Shown here: piece after piece, positions 35,208 through 48,668 of the stretch
How positions within the stretch are numbered: position 1 is the stretch's first letter
Layout: every line of letters starts with the position of its first letter
NCBI RefSeq assembly: GCF_006345805.1
Contig: NC_042999.1
Coordinates: 130,324,001 to 130,388,000 of the forward strand
Reading direction: 5' to 3'
DNA: 64,000 bases
DNA from: Octopus sinensis
Lineage: Eukaryota
The notes under the pieces: model-generated
Seen by the model: only the letters and a program-made list of their open reading frames with translations
Database searches by the model: none
What the model was told of the DNA's origin: nothing
Translations under genes and position numbers: made by a program

Positions 35208-37785
35208 TTGCTGTTGCTGCTGCTGCTGTTGCTGCTGCTGCTGTTGCTGCTGCTGCTGTTGCTGCTGCTGTTGCAGCTGTTGCTGTTGTAGCTGATGTTG
35301 CAGCTGCTGTTGAAGTTGCTGTTGAAGTTGCTTCTGTTGTTCTTGCATCTTCTTTTGTTGTTGCTGTTGCAACTGTTGCTGCTGCTGTTGTTGTAATTGT
35401 TGTTGTAGTTGTTGTTGCAACTGCTGCTGCTGAAACTCCAGCTGCTGCTGATTTATCTGCTGTTGTAATGGAGACGTGATAGATTCCGACTGCTCTGGTT
35501 GGGACAATCTCGAGCTCTTCCGGCCTCGAGTGCCGCCATTTCGCCGTGTTCTGAACGCTCTTGGCCGTATTCTGAATGATGTACATATGAAGTTAGCATT
35601 CGGCTTCATGAAATCATTGGCAGAATGCGACTTGCGAGGCTTTATGTTTTTTAAAGACTTAGGAGATAAAATCATTTCTTGATATAATGACTCTGATTTT
35701 TTAGGTTCCAAAGGTGTTTCAAAATGTTTTATTTTATCCTTATCGTTGTCTCCAATAACGTTTGCCGGAGAATCAGGTATGATTTCAACGCAATCCTTCT
35801 CGTGAGATCTTTTTATTTCTGGTTTGATATTACTGTTCATCGCTGGAAAAGGTGTTGGCACTATTGAACACTCACTCTGATTTTCAACCTTAAGTTTTGA
35901 TTTTTCTTCGTTAACTTGGTTTACGTTTACTTTTGGTTTCTTATCTATCAGTAATTGTGTGAGCATTGGCAGTTTCGGTGGCCTTCCTCTTCGACGAACT
36001 GGTTTTCCTAATGCTGAAATTCCAGTATGAGGATAGACCATAATAATCGACTGCTGGTTCGAACCTGTTGTTTGGGTACTAGTCTGTCCTGCTGATGTCA
36101 TTGTTACACACTCTCTTGGCGATGAGATGTTACCCTGAGCAATTGTAGTAACAGTTACAGTTGAAGATGGAGTGGATTGAACATTATTTACAGAATTTGT
36201 CGGTAAGCATGTTTGCATTTGTTGCATGGTAGGAAAGAACATAACAGTCTGCGTATTTACAGGTTGAATTGGCACGCTCGAAGTTGTAGGGATTACTTGT
36301 GCCACAGGGGCTGAGATCAACTTTTCAGGCTTTGAACGAGATCTTTTGTGAGAAGAAAGTTTCAAAATGCTAGTGTAAACACCAGGAAAAATATTACTTT
36401 CGGCAACTAGTTTCAATTGGTCTTGTTCCATGGGTTTGTTCGGTCCTATTGTTTGAGATGGATCGATTTTGGGTATAGGCAACATGGCTTGAGACATTAT
36501 GGGTAATCCTATTGGATGACTCCCTTGCGGAATAGTTGTCAAAGTTGGAAAACCCATTGGATAAACATACATACAGTTATCATTTTTCTGTAATGTTACC
36601 ACATTTGTTGGGACTGGAACTGGTCTAGGCCCTTGCGTTGGGATTGAAAAATAGTTGCTAGCGATTTGTGGCGATGCCTCATTTAGACAAGGCGAATTCA
36701 TCTGTGATGGCAAAATTAATTGAGTTTCATTACAATTTGGAGCTTGTGTTGGCAGTTGATTCACATTAAATATCTGAGACGGTAAATCTGAACGTATCTG
36801 TTTATCAGGAGTGACATTCATTATCTCAGGTGATGAACTATTACTTTTAATAACAGTTCTGTTAACATCAAGTTGAGTGGAAGCTAGCTCTGGAGATTGA
36901 GAATTATCTCTATGTGCTTGCATCCCAAAATATTCTGCACGGTTACTTTTCTCATTTTCAACGTTGACGGTATGAATTTCGTCCCTACAATTACTGCTAC
37001 TTTGGTAGTGCAAATGCTCATTTTCAGGTGATGGTACAGGTGATGATGTTAGAGATGTATGTGAAGAATGTGGTTCTAATTTTACAATACTTAAGTCTAA
37101 TGGCGTTTCACTGTCTGATTCTCGGTAGCTTCCGTCATCTTGGCAATTTACTTTATTGTTTGGTGCATAAATATTCTTCGAATGATCGACTGACTTCGTT
37201 GCTGTATGAACATTTCTTAAATGGTTTGTTTTCAGTGAAACAGGCTGACAACTAGAATAGTAATATGGATTTGCTACATTGGATGGTTGGCAGATTCTTG
37301 TATCTGTCGTGTTTGTGGTATTATTGTAGAAGACATTGTCTTCACAAACTGAATTATCATTTTCTTGTTCTAATTTAGACTGAAATAATTTCGATCCATG
37401 TACCACATCTACTCCGTAGGCGTCATTGAGGGACGAATTATCTTCCTCTTTGCAGACGACTTTAGCTACCTTAAATCTCGCTGTTACAGGTTTCCTTTTG
37501 ATATTAAATTGATTTAGTGGGAGATCTTTGTTTCTGGCACACAATTCAGGACTATTGTTACCATTGACCATCGGGATATCTGATTCGGTACTTAAACTGG
37601 TATTTAAGTCTGCTATGGTAGTACTTGGGGAATATTCATAGCAAGAAGACACGTCTTCTTTCTTAATGCGTATGCGGTTAGCATCGATTGCTGCCTTTAT
37701 TGCCTTTTCAGAATAGTCACTTGTAGATATTTGTGCTATATTTTCTTCTGGCAAAACGAAGTTGGAACTGTCTGGTTCTTTCAGT
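34047..37785 (-). CDS. Large terminal exon of a ZFP91/ZNF653/ZNF692-family C2H2 zinc-finger protein: AT-hook, polyQ, acidic patch, seven C2H2 fingers
   Basis: 3739-nt open exon after acceptor tgttatttcag. Contains RRRGRPPK (AT-hook), 40 consecutive Q and EDDEDDEEQDAEEEED. The last finger KPLKCDFCEYRCRQRNALNWHMRKH closely matches the family's KPLQCEICGFTCRQKASLNWHMKKH finger. Confidence 0.92.
35154..35273 (-). repeat. Coding CAG/CAA trinucleotide repeat (Q40)
   Basis: 120 nt of in-frame CAG/CAA codons, counted codon by codon. The longest pure CAG run is 5. Confidence 0.95.
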
Positions 37786-39094
37786 CTGAAATAACACCAG
37801 TAATTGAAGTGAAAACGGCAATAAAAATAAGAGGGAAACTATAACTTATAAAAATGATTAAACGTTTGAAAGATTTTAAAAATAAAAGTTAGAAATTATT
37901 ATCAAAAAATATAAAGTACAATATCTTAAATGGAATCATCAACTCTCTATTAATTTATTTGTAGATCATAAACAAAAACACTTTCAACTTAGCAAAATAT
38001 TTGAAAGCAAACATTTGAAACATGAACTTTTAAACGACTAACATAAACAAAACAATTGTAATGAAACATCACTATGAATGTGTAATTAGATTCCTCTATG
38101 CTTTAACATACAACTATGGGAGTTGGGAGGAGCTTCTCTATATGAATTGACTAAGCCTCTATATATTATTCAAAACTATATACTTACTACTGTTTGACTT
38201 AACAAATGGCGACCAGTTATTAAACATTTGGGAATTGAGAAAACTATGTCGATAGTAACATAGTCGATTCATTCTAGGTTTCATCGTGTGTGCTTGAATA
38301 GATCTACAAGTGTAATTACAATTCCTTACCACATTTTCCCCTAAGTAAATTGGATGCTACAACTCTAATGGTGAGAGAATTCATTAGTGTGAATAGGTTA
38401 TTGTCTCTAAAGCGAAATTGAAATACGCCAGTCATAAATACAAAGTAATAATGATTTTTTACTTAGCATATTTAAATTTTATTAATCCTTCTCCTGTTTG
38501 TTTTGTTAGTAGTTAATTTGTTGACCTCAGAATGACAGAAAGCATATTGGTCCTAATATGAATTTTGGAAGCCGTGAAAAGTAAAGTAAGATGTCGCTTT
38601 TGTATCACTTCATCTCCGCCTCCCTTGAATGGGAGTAATAAATATTTATTTTGAATTTACACGAAGAATATCAGAGATGAGCAGAGTCGTAAATTATACT
38701 CAGCGTAATACTGGTAGTCACTTTATCGACAAGTCACACCCATTTAAATTCAGACAGTAGAAAGAAAAGCCTGCGTCTTGAAATACATTTAATCAGCGTT
38801 CTATTGTTTATCTGAACTCTCAAGTTCATGATTCGATTTCGATTCCTGTTTGAAATTTATTTTGCTAAGTTTGTTAATATACTTTAACGCTACACAATCT
38901 TATTCTTTCTACCTTATAAATGACTAAATGGCGATATGAGCATCGATTGAAAAATGTGTGTGTGCGTGAGTGTATGATGTGTTAAAATGTTTTACAAGGA
39001 AATTTATGTTTGTAGCAAGTAATACCAATTATAACTATATACACCGTCGTATAAACAATGCGGAATGTATGAACAAAGAGATTAATAAACTTAC

Positions 39095-39243
39095 TTATGA
39101 AAGTCAGTGAGCAACTTCCTCATCAAAGTGGCTGAGTCTAATTTAGTTGCATTCTTCAAGTTTTCGAAATCCTTAAAAAGATCAATAGGTATTGTTATAT
39201 TTTGTCCAGCAATATTTGAAACCATTTCTGTTGGAGATTTCAT
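39095..39243 (-). CDS. Upstream coding exon of the same ZNF gene (MKSPTEMVSNIAGQNITIPIDLFKDFENLKNATKLDSATLMRKLLTDFH); exon starts at acceptor 39261
   Basis: Acceptor cttttatttcag and donor AA|GTAAGT. Phase 2 matches the big exon, giving 3888 nt = 1295 aa from ATG 39243. The frame is also open 5' of this ATG, so a further upstream coding exon is not excluded. Confidence 0.85.
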
Positions 39244-40100
39244 TAAAGTTTCTGGAATTAACTGAAATAAAAGAAAGATAGTGTTAGGAAATTGCGATAA
39301 AATTGATCGGCGGAAGTTCAAAGAATTACAGGAGAAGACTTGAAGGGAGTAACAAAGAGTTCTAAAAATATTACGTATTTAATGATGAAGATATCAATTT
39401 CTTGCATTGACATAATTCCACAAATTGAAAGACAAGATTCAATTGAATCGATCCCAATATATTATAAATGCTCCGGAGCATGAAAAGGCAAAGTTAACTC
39501 TGATGGCATTTGAACTCAGAATGCGAAGAAGCAAAGTCAAAAGAAAGAAAGCTTGTACGGTACTTGCTCTTTGGTGCTATCTTTCCGACAGCAAATTCAT
39601 CGGTAACAATAAATATCATGAAACACCCCAAGGTATTGGAGTAGTTTATCTGATTGGCACCACTCAGTGGCGCAATGTTCTGAGATATCCTTGAATGGGG
39701 ACGATACGTTAAAAACAAAATATCTTATCTGCTAGCACAAATCAAGATGTTGGCTCAGTTGGTGAGATGCTTAATTTAGATCATACAAGTTTACAATCAC
39801 AACGTTCATAAATATCTCCCTTTATATGACATAATATCAGTTAGGGGACCAACATTTATGTAGTCGATCGGCCTGCTAGAAATCTCCCTCAATCTATACC
39901 TTATCATCTTGGAAATGGAAAAAAAATATTGGATGAATGATGTGGTTTAGACACTAAACTTGAAAATATGATGGAATGGCTACGGTTTCGATTGGAGATG
40001 AACAAAGCTAAACAACAATAACAACATCGACTGTAAGTACGCGAACGGGATATCCTATTTTAGATTTTGTTGAAGTCAAATTTGAGAGATAGAAGATACT

Positions 40101-40310
40101 AGTTCCAAATTTTGGCACATGGTCAGCAGTTTCGGGGAAGGGGTAAGTTGATTACATCGATCCCAGTGCTCAACTGGTACTTATTTTATCGACCCGAAAG
40201 GATGAAAGGTAAAGTCGAACTCAGTGGAATTTTAACTCAGAACGTAAGGACGAACGAAATGCCGCTAAGCATTTTTCCCGGCGTGCTAACGATTTTGCCA
40301 GTTTGCCGTC
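40101..40310 (-). mobile_element. SINE family B
   Basis: Reverse complement of the family B consensus. Confidence 0.85.
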
Positions 40311-41235
40311 TCAAGATATTACGGTTGATACATGCCGTAAAGAAAAATACATATCATATCCAACCGCATGTAAACACACATACAATGTGTACATATATCA
40401 TCGCAATTTCATGATTTCCTACATATATTAGCGTATGTAGAAGATGCGCAGCATTTGAAGAGAGACTCAAATGAACTTACAGATTTTGTTTAATTCGACA
40501 TTAATGGCTATTTAAACTGGCTGAATGTAAAATAGAATAATTGGCCCAAATGTGAATACAGTTACCGGATTTGGTAAATTTCTAACAATTTTCCTAAATT
40601 CATATAAGAATTACGGAGGGACTTTGGGTATTCGGGTACTTTGAAAATACTACATGGGATGACGACTATGCTCTTTGACAAAGCATAGCACCTCTACAGC
40701 CACTTTTCCAGGGATACGGTGAAGTCACGGGATTGCAGCATGGCGGATTGTGAAGAGGTAGCAGAAGAGCTCAACTGAGCCAACGGTACTTCTTACATTG
40801 ATGCTGAGCAAAAGAATCCTAGAAGATCAACGGTCAGGATGACCAAGCTCTATCAAGAGAGTAACTGCAATACATCTATAGGGGTGGCATTCATTGCTGT
40901 GTAATCAGCTAATGAAATATTCATGATCTCTCAAGCTCTCTATTCAAACTCATACTAGTGGAATTGGATGGCGACAGGGAGTTATGGGAAAATTCTACTT
41001 GTCATCCTCCCGGGGTCGATAAATGAAGTACAAGTTTAGTGAAATACTTGTGACGGTTTTGTATTTTTATAAAACATCTTAATAATTAAATTGTAAAAGA
41101 AGACTGAGACCAAACCTGATGAAGGAAAATCATTGTTGTTATTTTCGAAGACGGCAACAGATCTTAACATTGATGTCCCTTATGTTTTATACTTTCATAT
41201 ACATAAACACACGGAAGTACGTATACACACACACA

Positions 41236-41276
<41 letters not shown>

Positions 41277-41302
41277 GCACACACACACACACGCACGCAC
41301 GC

Positions 41303-41356
<54 letters not shown>

Positions 41357-42023
41357 CATACACAGTTTACTGTTTCGTTAAGAAAAGATCAACAAAAAGT
41401 ACCCCAACCAGTGAGAGATAAATATCATTTAACGTACACTGCATTAAAATAAGAGCTACTGATAGTTTCTTGCCATTAAGACACGTAGTTAGACAGGCTT
41501 TTATAAAATATTTTGTGTCTTCCAGCAATCTATAGGATCTGAGCTCATGATTTATTCTATTTGAAAATCAGGATGCTGGTACATGAGAAACTACGAAAAA
41601 TAAAGCGAGAACAAGGTTGATGCAAAAAGTGAAATGAAAAAAAAATGGTTAGTAAAAACAGAAAATGAAAGGAAAGAAAAGAAAATTTGACAGTAGAAGT
41701 CATAATTAAGTTAGTTGCAGAATAATTCAACAGAGAGGGATCCAGAGTCTGCGAGACAGCTGCTCGATCTGGAGTGGGTAGTGTCCTCGAGTTCATCAAA
41801 AGACTTGAATTTTCATATACTGAAAATTTCGTATCTGGAATTAAGTAGTGGTGGAATTCTTGGATCTACAAATATCCGAGAATTCACTTTCAGACAAACC
41901 AATGAACGAGCATCTAATGACTTTTATTTCACTAATTTTTTCTTTCCTTTTTTTTTGGGGGGGGGGTGGAATAAATGAGATTTTGCAAAATGTTGTATTC
42001 AGAGACCTGTTGTTGTTGTTGTT

Positions 42024-42470
42024 AAGGCGGCGAGTTGGCAGAATCGTTAGCACGCCGGACAAAATGCTTAGTGACATTTCGTTCGTCTTTTCGTTCTGAG
42101 TTCAAATACCATCTCGGTCTACTTTGCCTATCCTTCCGGAATCGATAAAATAAATACCAGTTGAGTACTGGGATCATTGTAATCGACTGCCCCCTGCCCC
42201 AAATTTCAGGTCTTGTACCTATAATAGAAAGAATTATTTTTATTATAACTTAGGCGGCGAGCTGGCAGAATCGTTAGCACCCTAGACTAAATGCTTAGCG
42301 GTATTTCGCCCGTCGCTACGTTCTGAGTTCACATTCCGCCGAGGTCGACTTTACCTTTCATCCTTTCGGGGTCGATAAATTAAGTACCAGTTGCGTACTG
42401 GGATCAGTGTAATCGATTGTCCCCCTCCCCACAAAAATCCAGGCTTTGTGCCGATAGCAAAAAGGATTAT
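42024..42470 (+). mobile_element. Two head-to-tail SINE family B copies
   Basis: aggcggcgagttggcagaatcgttagcac at 42024 and again at ~42252; each ends in gaaag(a/g)attat. Confidence 0.88.
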
Positions 42471-42800
42471 TATTATTATAACTGCTGAAAGACTTGAGGA
42501 AGGGGTATTGGCCATGACCTTTAGAGAGAGGCCCTCCGGGATCGGTAAGTTTGACGCCATTAATGTTCCATTGACACTGTTACAGGACAATACCTTCTTG
42601 AAAAGCATGAGCTTGGAGAAGATTCCAAAGAGCGATGTTCTGGGGAAGAAAGCACTGGGAATAATAGTTAGTGCTAGGCCGAGGGTGTTAGACACGTCAA
42701 GAATGGCAAGAGGTGGAAAGTCGAGTGAGCGGGAATGTTTTAATAAAGTGGAATGCCTTCAGCCTTCAGTTGGAAGTATATCGCTGTCTTAGCTTTGTAT
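42470..42800 (-). mobile_element. L2/CR1-clade LINE 3' end
   Basis: Frameshifted - strand peptides STNYYS / SAFFPRTS / LWNLL match the RT C-terminal S..FFPRT...WN.L motif; (ATA)n tail. Confidence 0.6.
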
Positions 42801-43156
42801 GAGCCTCTTACACTGAAGTGCTCGTCACAACTTTTCATATTTGGGTTGTTTTTAAATGCAGCAGACAAGGCGTGTAACGTTACTTGCAAAGAGACACTCC
42901 ATCATCCAGAGACCGATCTTAACTAAGGATGTTACTGATGGAAATATCAGTGTATGGTGAATTTTGATTCGTCAACGCCCAGAAAAATCATGTCATATTT
43001 TATGAACTTCCACAAGGAATCGAGTAGTTACATAATATCTATGAAAAATTTGGAACTTAGTCAATAGCTATATATCACTCTGGTATCATGTTGTGCGCGC
43101 ATACACAGTTTATAAGTTCAGACGTGCGCGTGCGCATGTGTGTATATACACATATA

Positions 43157-44367
43157 TCTTATATATAAATGGCAATTTCTGTCTTTCTGTCTGTTACCAT
43201 CATACTACCTAAGCCAGCGAACTAATCTTCAATAAACTTTGCAAACATATTAAACTAACACCCAGTTCAATATTGGATTTCAATAAAAATCTATAATGTG
43301 CTCCCTAGGGGGCTTGGACGAATTATATGATACAATGAGACGGGTGCAAAGAGTATTAATATGATGGAAATATGGTAACAGAGTGAGGGTGACTGATATC
43401 AGGTAAGGGGAGAACAGCGTTGTCTAAGCGGCAATGGGATAGTAACGTTAATACAGCTGTCATATACACGCCACGCTGCATACATACTTCCGTAAATACA
43501 TAGATACATGCATACACACACACACACACACACATACACGCGCGCGTACATGCTCATAAGTAACTTTTAAAACGCCGAAGAAGGGAAAAGGTAGGTGTGA
43601 GGAATACTTGACTTTAAGGAGAGAGGGGGAAGGTGGCTTTTTTACTGTCCATAGGAAAGAAACACTCGCACACAGAAAGACAGATAGACACAGACACGCA
43701 TTCATACGTTTGTCTATTATACACCATTTTTAACTCGTGATTACTTGTGTGCACGTTTGTAAATGTGTGTGAGTGCGTGTGTGTGTGCGCGCGCGCGATG
43801 TCCTATAACTGTCTGTCTCTCTACTTTTGTAGGGCTTCTCTTTTTCTATCACATATTGTGAGATTTCAAAATTACATCCAAATTTTCAAATTCGGTATAT
43901 TGAAATAATTTTCCGCGTAAAATCCGATTTTGTTATTTATTTGTTCCAGAAAAATTGCAGAAAACTGTTACTGAAGTTTGAAGTTTAATCATTTTTACCT
44001 AGAAAACAGGACTTGGAAGCTGGCATTTTCTGCATGATAGCTGTCTATCACAAAATGAAAGCAAAATCATTACGAGGAGGAATTTTTATTTAACAAACGA
44101 AAGCAAAGCATTACGACGACCAAAGTTGCAAGAACTTCTGAAGTTTAAGTTTTAATGAATAAGATGATGTGAAACGGTCGAACAGACATGTAAATAGTTT
44201 AAAAAGGAAAAAAAAATCCCATCAAAGTTTTTTGCGAAAAATTGCACAAATCCGTCCTAATCAAGAGGCCTGTTGGTGGAAGGCATGGTCTGACATGGAA
44301 TAAACAAAAATTCATAAATGACATTCTATTGTAAAAATTGCCTTGGATCGATGGGCTATTCAGCTAG
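43157..44367 (+). mobile_element. Non-autonomous Helitron (1.2 kb)
   Basis: Inserted A|TC...CTAG|T (A43156, T44368), with a decayed GC hairpin gccttggatcgatgggc ~10 nt before CTAG and no TSD. An internal partial copy lies at 50090-50745. Confidence 0.78.
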
Positions 44368-44399
<32 letters not shown>

Positions 44400-44404
44400 A
44401 TATT

Positions 44405-44435
<31 letters not shown>

Positions 44436-44440
44436 ATACA

Positions 44441-44810
44441 CGCAAGCATGGGTGTGTGTTAAGAAGCTGGCTTCCCAATTACATGGTTCCAGATTCTGTC
44501 CCATTGAACCTTAGACAAGTGTCTTCTAATATGGCCACGGGCCGACCAAAGGCATATGAGAGGACTCGGTTGATGGAAACTGTAAGAAGCCCGTCATGCA
44601 TGTGTGTGTGTGTGTGTGTGTTTGTCCCCCATCATTGCTTGATAACCGGTGCTGATGCGTTTACGTCCCCATAAAATAGCGGTTCGGCAAAAGAGAACGT
44701 TAGAATAAGTACCAGGCTTAAGGAAAAGTAAGTAGTGGTCGATTCGTAAGGCTAATATTCTTCAAGGTGGTGCCCCAGCATGGCCGCAACCTAATGACTG
44801 ACACAAGTAA
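44441..44810 (+). mobile_element. SINE family A
   Basis: Head-to-tail match to the family A consensus. Confidence 0.85.
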
Positions 44811-45282
44811 TGTGTGTGTGTGTGTGTGTGTGTTGTGTGTGTGTGTGTGTGTGTTGGAATGACTGCATTACTTGAACCAGAAAAGATGTAGGGTGATGCA
44901 AAGATCTTTATTTATAGAAGATTATTCCGAGTTTTCGTTTTCAATTATGTATTTATTTTACTTTGAATACCTCGAAATAGTATCTGAGCATTTCAGTCTA
45001 GTGCAAATAAACCAAGATACAACTCCGAATAACCGTGAGTACACAAATGCAAAAAGCCTATCTGCGCGCGCGCGCATTTAGTCCTACACCTATCTATCTA
45101 TATACACGCTAACTCACGATTTCTTTCGTCACTGAAACGTTATAACCGCTCTTTCGGTTGTCAGCATATCACCGTCGTTTGTAATTTTCGGTGGCATTCT
45201 TTACTAGAGCAAAATATTCGCAGTTACCAATTAATCTTCGATGAGAAGGAGAGTAGTAGCTATAGTGATAAGGCCATGATGT

Positions 45283-45313
<31 letters not shown>

Positions 45314-46384
45314 AACGATGATGATGATAACGTAGGTGGTAGTGGTAGTATCAGCGGTGGTAATGCTGATGGCACTCGGTTGTGGTGAAGCTTATACTGT
45401 TGTTATGACGATAACGATAATGGTAGTGTACATGTTTGGGTCATGTGTCAATAGCAATCGGTATAAAAAGGTGTATTTGAGTTTACTTTAAGGATTGTTG
45501 TTGTTGTTGTTGTTGTTGTTATAATGGTGGTGGATTTTGTTGCTGTTAGTTCGCTGTAATGTACTTATTGTTGTTGGATATAAATATATAAACAAATACA
45601 AAAAGAATTAATTCCTTCACTATATACTTATTCTAGTCTTTCTTTCTTTATTTTCTTTCTTTCTTTCGTGTTTTCATCAGTCAGAAAACATTTGGCTTCC
45701 TGTTTTGAAGCTGCATAATAAAATGTCAGACAACTTTCCTGCTGAATCACTGTAAACGTAATTCTACATTAAATTGCAAGGCAGAAATAATTCCTCTTGA
45801 ATTCTTTACGCTTTTTGCCGACGTTGCTAACGTCGTTGAAAGCTATGCAAGATCGTCATAAGCGATATCTTTATTTGCAAGAAGTAATCAAACCAATACT
45901 CAGTATACTGCAGAGGAACAGGTTAATAAAAAAAATACGTTACTGCCTTTTTATTTCGATGAAAAATTTGAACCAATTCTTTCAGTCGTGTTTTAATTCT
46001 TTTATAGCAATCTGTCATAAATTATGAGTTCATTGTAATGGTAATGTTTGTAAAGCAACGGCAGAAAATGCGCATGAAAATTATTTTTAGGACCAAAATA
46101 GATTGGATTAGACAACATTATTTCTAGACACATTTATGGTAATTACTATATTTGAACTGAGTTCATATGAGTAATATAATAAGGTTATTGACATAGGTAA
46201 ATTTACTCGACTGATACCTCCACGCCATAAGCGTGGCCTTGTGTTAATGTTAGAAAACACAGACGAGGTTATTCACTGAAGAACACACAAAGAATGCTTT
46301 AACCAGGGACAGAATAATGAACTAAATTCCTTTATGTTGTAAAACAAAATCTGCAATCTCTGAATGGTCAAAGAATAGTCAACT

Positions 46385-46797
46385 CGTGAGCTGGCAGAAA
46401 CGTTCGCACGCCGGGCGAAATGCGTAGCCGTAGTTCGTCTGCCGTTACGTTCTGAGTTCAAATTCCGCCGAGGTCGACTTTGCTTTTCATCCTTTCGGGT
46501 TCAATAAATTAAGTACCAGTTACGCACTGGGGTCGATGTAATCGACTTCATCCGTTTGTCTGTCCTTGTTTGTTCTCTCTGTGTTTAGCCCCTTGTGGGT
46601 AGTAAAGAAATAGGTATTTCGTCTGCATCTACGCTGAGTTCAAATTTCGCCGAGGTCAACTTTGCTTTTCCTCTTTTCGGGGTCGATTAAATAAGTACCA
46701 GTTACACACTGGGGTCGATGTAAAGGACTTAATCCGTGTGTCTGTCCTTGTTTGTCCTCTCTATGTTTAGCCCCTTGTGGGTAGTAAAGAAATAGAT
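46385..46797 (+). mobile_element. Tandem SINE family B variant (full copy plus duplicated 3' part)
   Basis: The block gagttcaaatt(c/t)cgccgaggtc...tagccccttgtgggtagtaaagaaatag occurs twice. Confidence 0.85.
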
Positions 46798-47166
46798 ATA
46801 GGGTCTGTTATGCATGCATGCATGCACCCAAGCACACACAACACTTGCTCCCAGACGCACGTTTTTTAATCCACACCATAAAATAAAATTTGATCTACAT
46901 AACAAGAACCTAATTCCTAGAGAAAGAATATATTCGAATACCTCACATCTATACAGGGAACCGATTATGCATAAAATGAAAGTTAACCATTGTGACATGT
47001 GAAAGAGAGAGGTGAAAAATGATGAAACAGAAAAAAGTATTGGAATGATGATAATAATATATACGATCTTAATTGTAAACTGACAAAAGAACAGAACCTG
47101 GATGTGACTAATGACGACCGATATCAAAATGTCAAGGTCAATCACACATACATATATGTATATATA

Positions 47167-47236
<70 letters not shown>

Positions 47237-47240
<4 letters not shown>

Positions 47241-47450
47241 TATAGTTAATCCAAACACGAAGAAAGAGAAAACAACAACGCGAGGACGTGGAACAAGTAT
47301 ATGTTATTGGACGCTCAGGAAAGGAAAGAAAGAAGGAGAATTTAACGTTTCGAGCGGAGCTCTTCGTCAGAAATATAGAAAAGGGTATAGTCCAAGGAAG
47401 GGAAGATGGAGAAAGAAAATCGCCAACGATACACACACGGTCTCACACAC
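47237..47450 (-). mobile_element. Penelope-type pseudo-LTR fragment inside a TA microsatellite
   Basis: Carries the hammerhead motif below, followed by ttcctgagcg as in the pLTR at 29911-30050; flanked by (TA)n on both sides. Confidence 0.7.
47340..47374 (-). ncRNA. Minimal type I hammerhead ribozyme with intact core
   Basis: The - strand reads AUUU-CUGACGA-A-GAGC(UCC)GCUC-GAAAC-GUU-AAAU: 4-bp stem I, 4-bp stem II and palindromic ACGU stem III. Confidence 0.75.
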
Positions 47451-47501
47451 ACACACATATGTATACATATACATACATATATATATACATATATACATAC
47501 C

Positions 47502-47536
<35 letters not shown>

Positions 47537-47559
47537 TACATATATATGTATATATATAC

Positions 47560-47590
<31 letters not shown>

Positions 47591-47660
47591 CATATATTAT
47601 ATATATTATATATATATATTATATATATATATATATATTATATATATATATACATATTAC

Positions 47661-47731
<71 letters not shown>

Positions 47732-48433
47732 TATATACATACATACATATATTTGTCTAAAGGACTTGCCATAACTAAGTTTTAAAAAAATGCAATGGTG
47801 CAGTGTGAGTTCGCAATTGTGCGACGGATATTCTGACACCTCAAGAAATGAATGAAAAGGGAAATGAAGAGTTTCTGTATATTTTATATGTGAATGTAAT
47901 TATTGGATTCTAACATTGGTTCAAGGCCAAACATTTTATGTTAGGGATGTTAAGTCGATAGTTTTTTGTTGAAAAAGAAATGGACAGCATGTTTAGTACT
48001 TATTCGCTTTAGCATGGAATTATTTAAAATCTACCTGTAATTATTTCTTTTATCCTTGCATTATTTTATTTGAGATCATTGGATTTTTATATTTTGACCA
48101 TCAGTCATTAAGAATTTTCAATTTATTTTAATATAAAAAGAATTAATTACACAAATCTGGCGAACACTCAATCTCTGATGTTCAAACGTAAGATCGAAAT
48201 AGGGAGTATAAAAAGTTAGACTGGACTAAAACAAAAACAAAAAAAATTATGCCAAAGTGAATAACTGCCAAATACTTTACCCTCTCATGGTGATTGATAT
48301 CTCATTTTATTTTTTAACTACGTTTAGAATAACAGTAAATCAAATTTTTTATTTGGAGTACACATACTATATATATATCTCTCTCTCTCTCTCCCTCTCT
48401 CTCTCTCTCTCTCCCTCTCTCTCTCTCTCTCTC

Positions 48434-48472
<39 letters not shown>

Positions 48473-48477
<5 letters not shown>

Positions 48478-48668
48478 GTAATAAATAAAATATATGCATG
48501 CATACAAACATATATGTACGTACCTACATCTACATGTATATATACATGCATATATATATATATATACGTGAGTACAGGACACTGCAACTATGCATGTATA
48601 TACACATGTAGATGTAGGTACGTACATATATGTTTGTATGCATGCATATATTTTATTTATTACATTAT
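48473..48668. repeat. Long inverted repeat, ~80-bp arms, 36-nt spacer
   Basis: 48473-48537 and 48604-48668 are perfect reverse complements (65 nt). Pairing continues inward with one mismatch to 48552/48589. Confidence 0.9.

Noticed and set aside
34976-35682. Poly-Ala/Val and poly-Thr/Ala ORFs overlapping the ZNF gene
   Set aside because: They are shadow frames of the CAG/CAA repeat, with no independent start or splice context.
41117-41165. Hammerhead-like CTGATGA-AG-GAAAAT...ATTTTC-GAAGAC
   Set aside because: GAAG replaces GAAA, and no stem III or stem I pairing could be built; at best a decayed relic.
47156-47750. Paired TT/AA phase defects in (TA)n arrays that preserve palindromy
   Set aside because: They could equally be slippage or sequencing/assembly errors in low-complexity DNA, and are not testable from this sequence alone.
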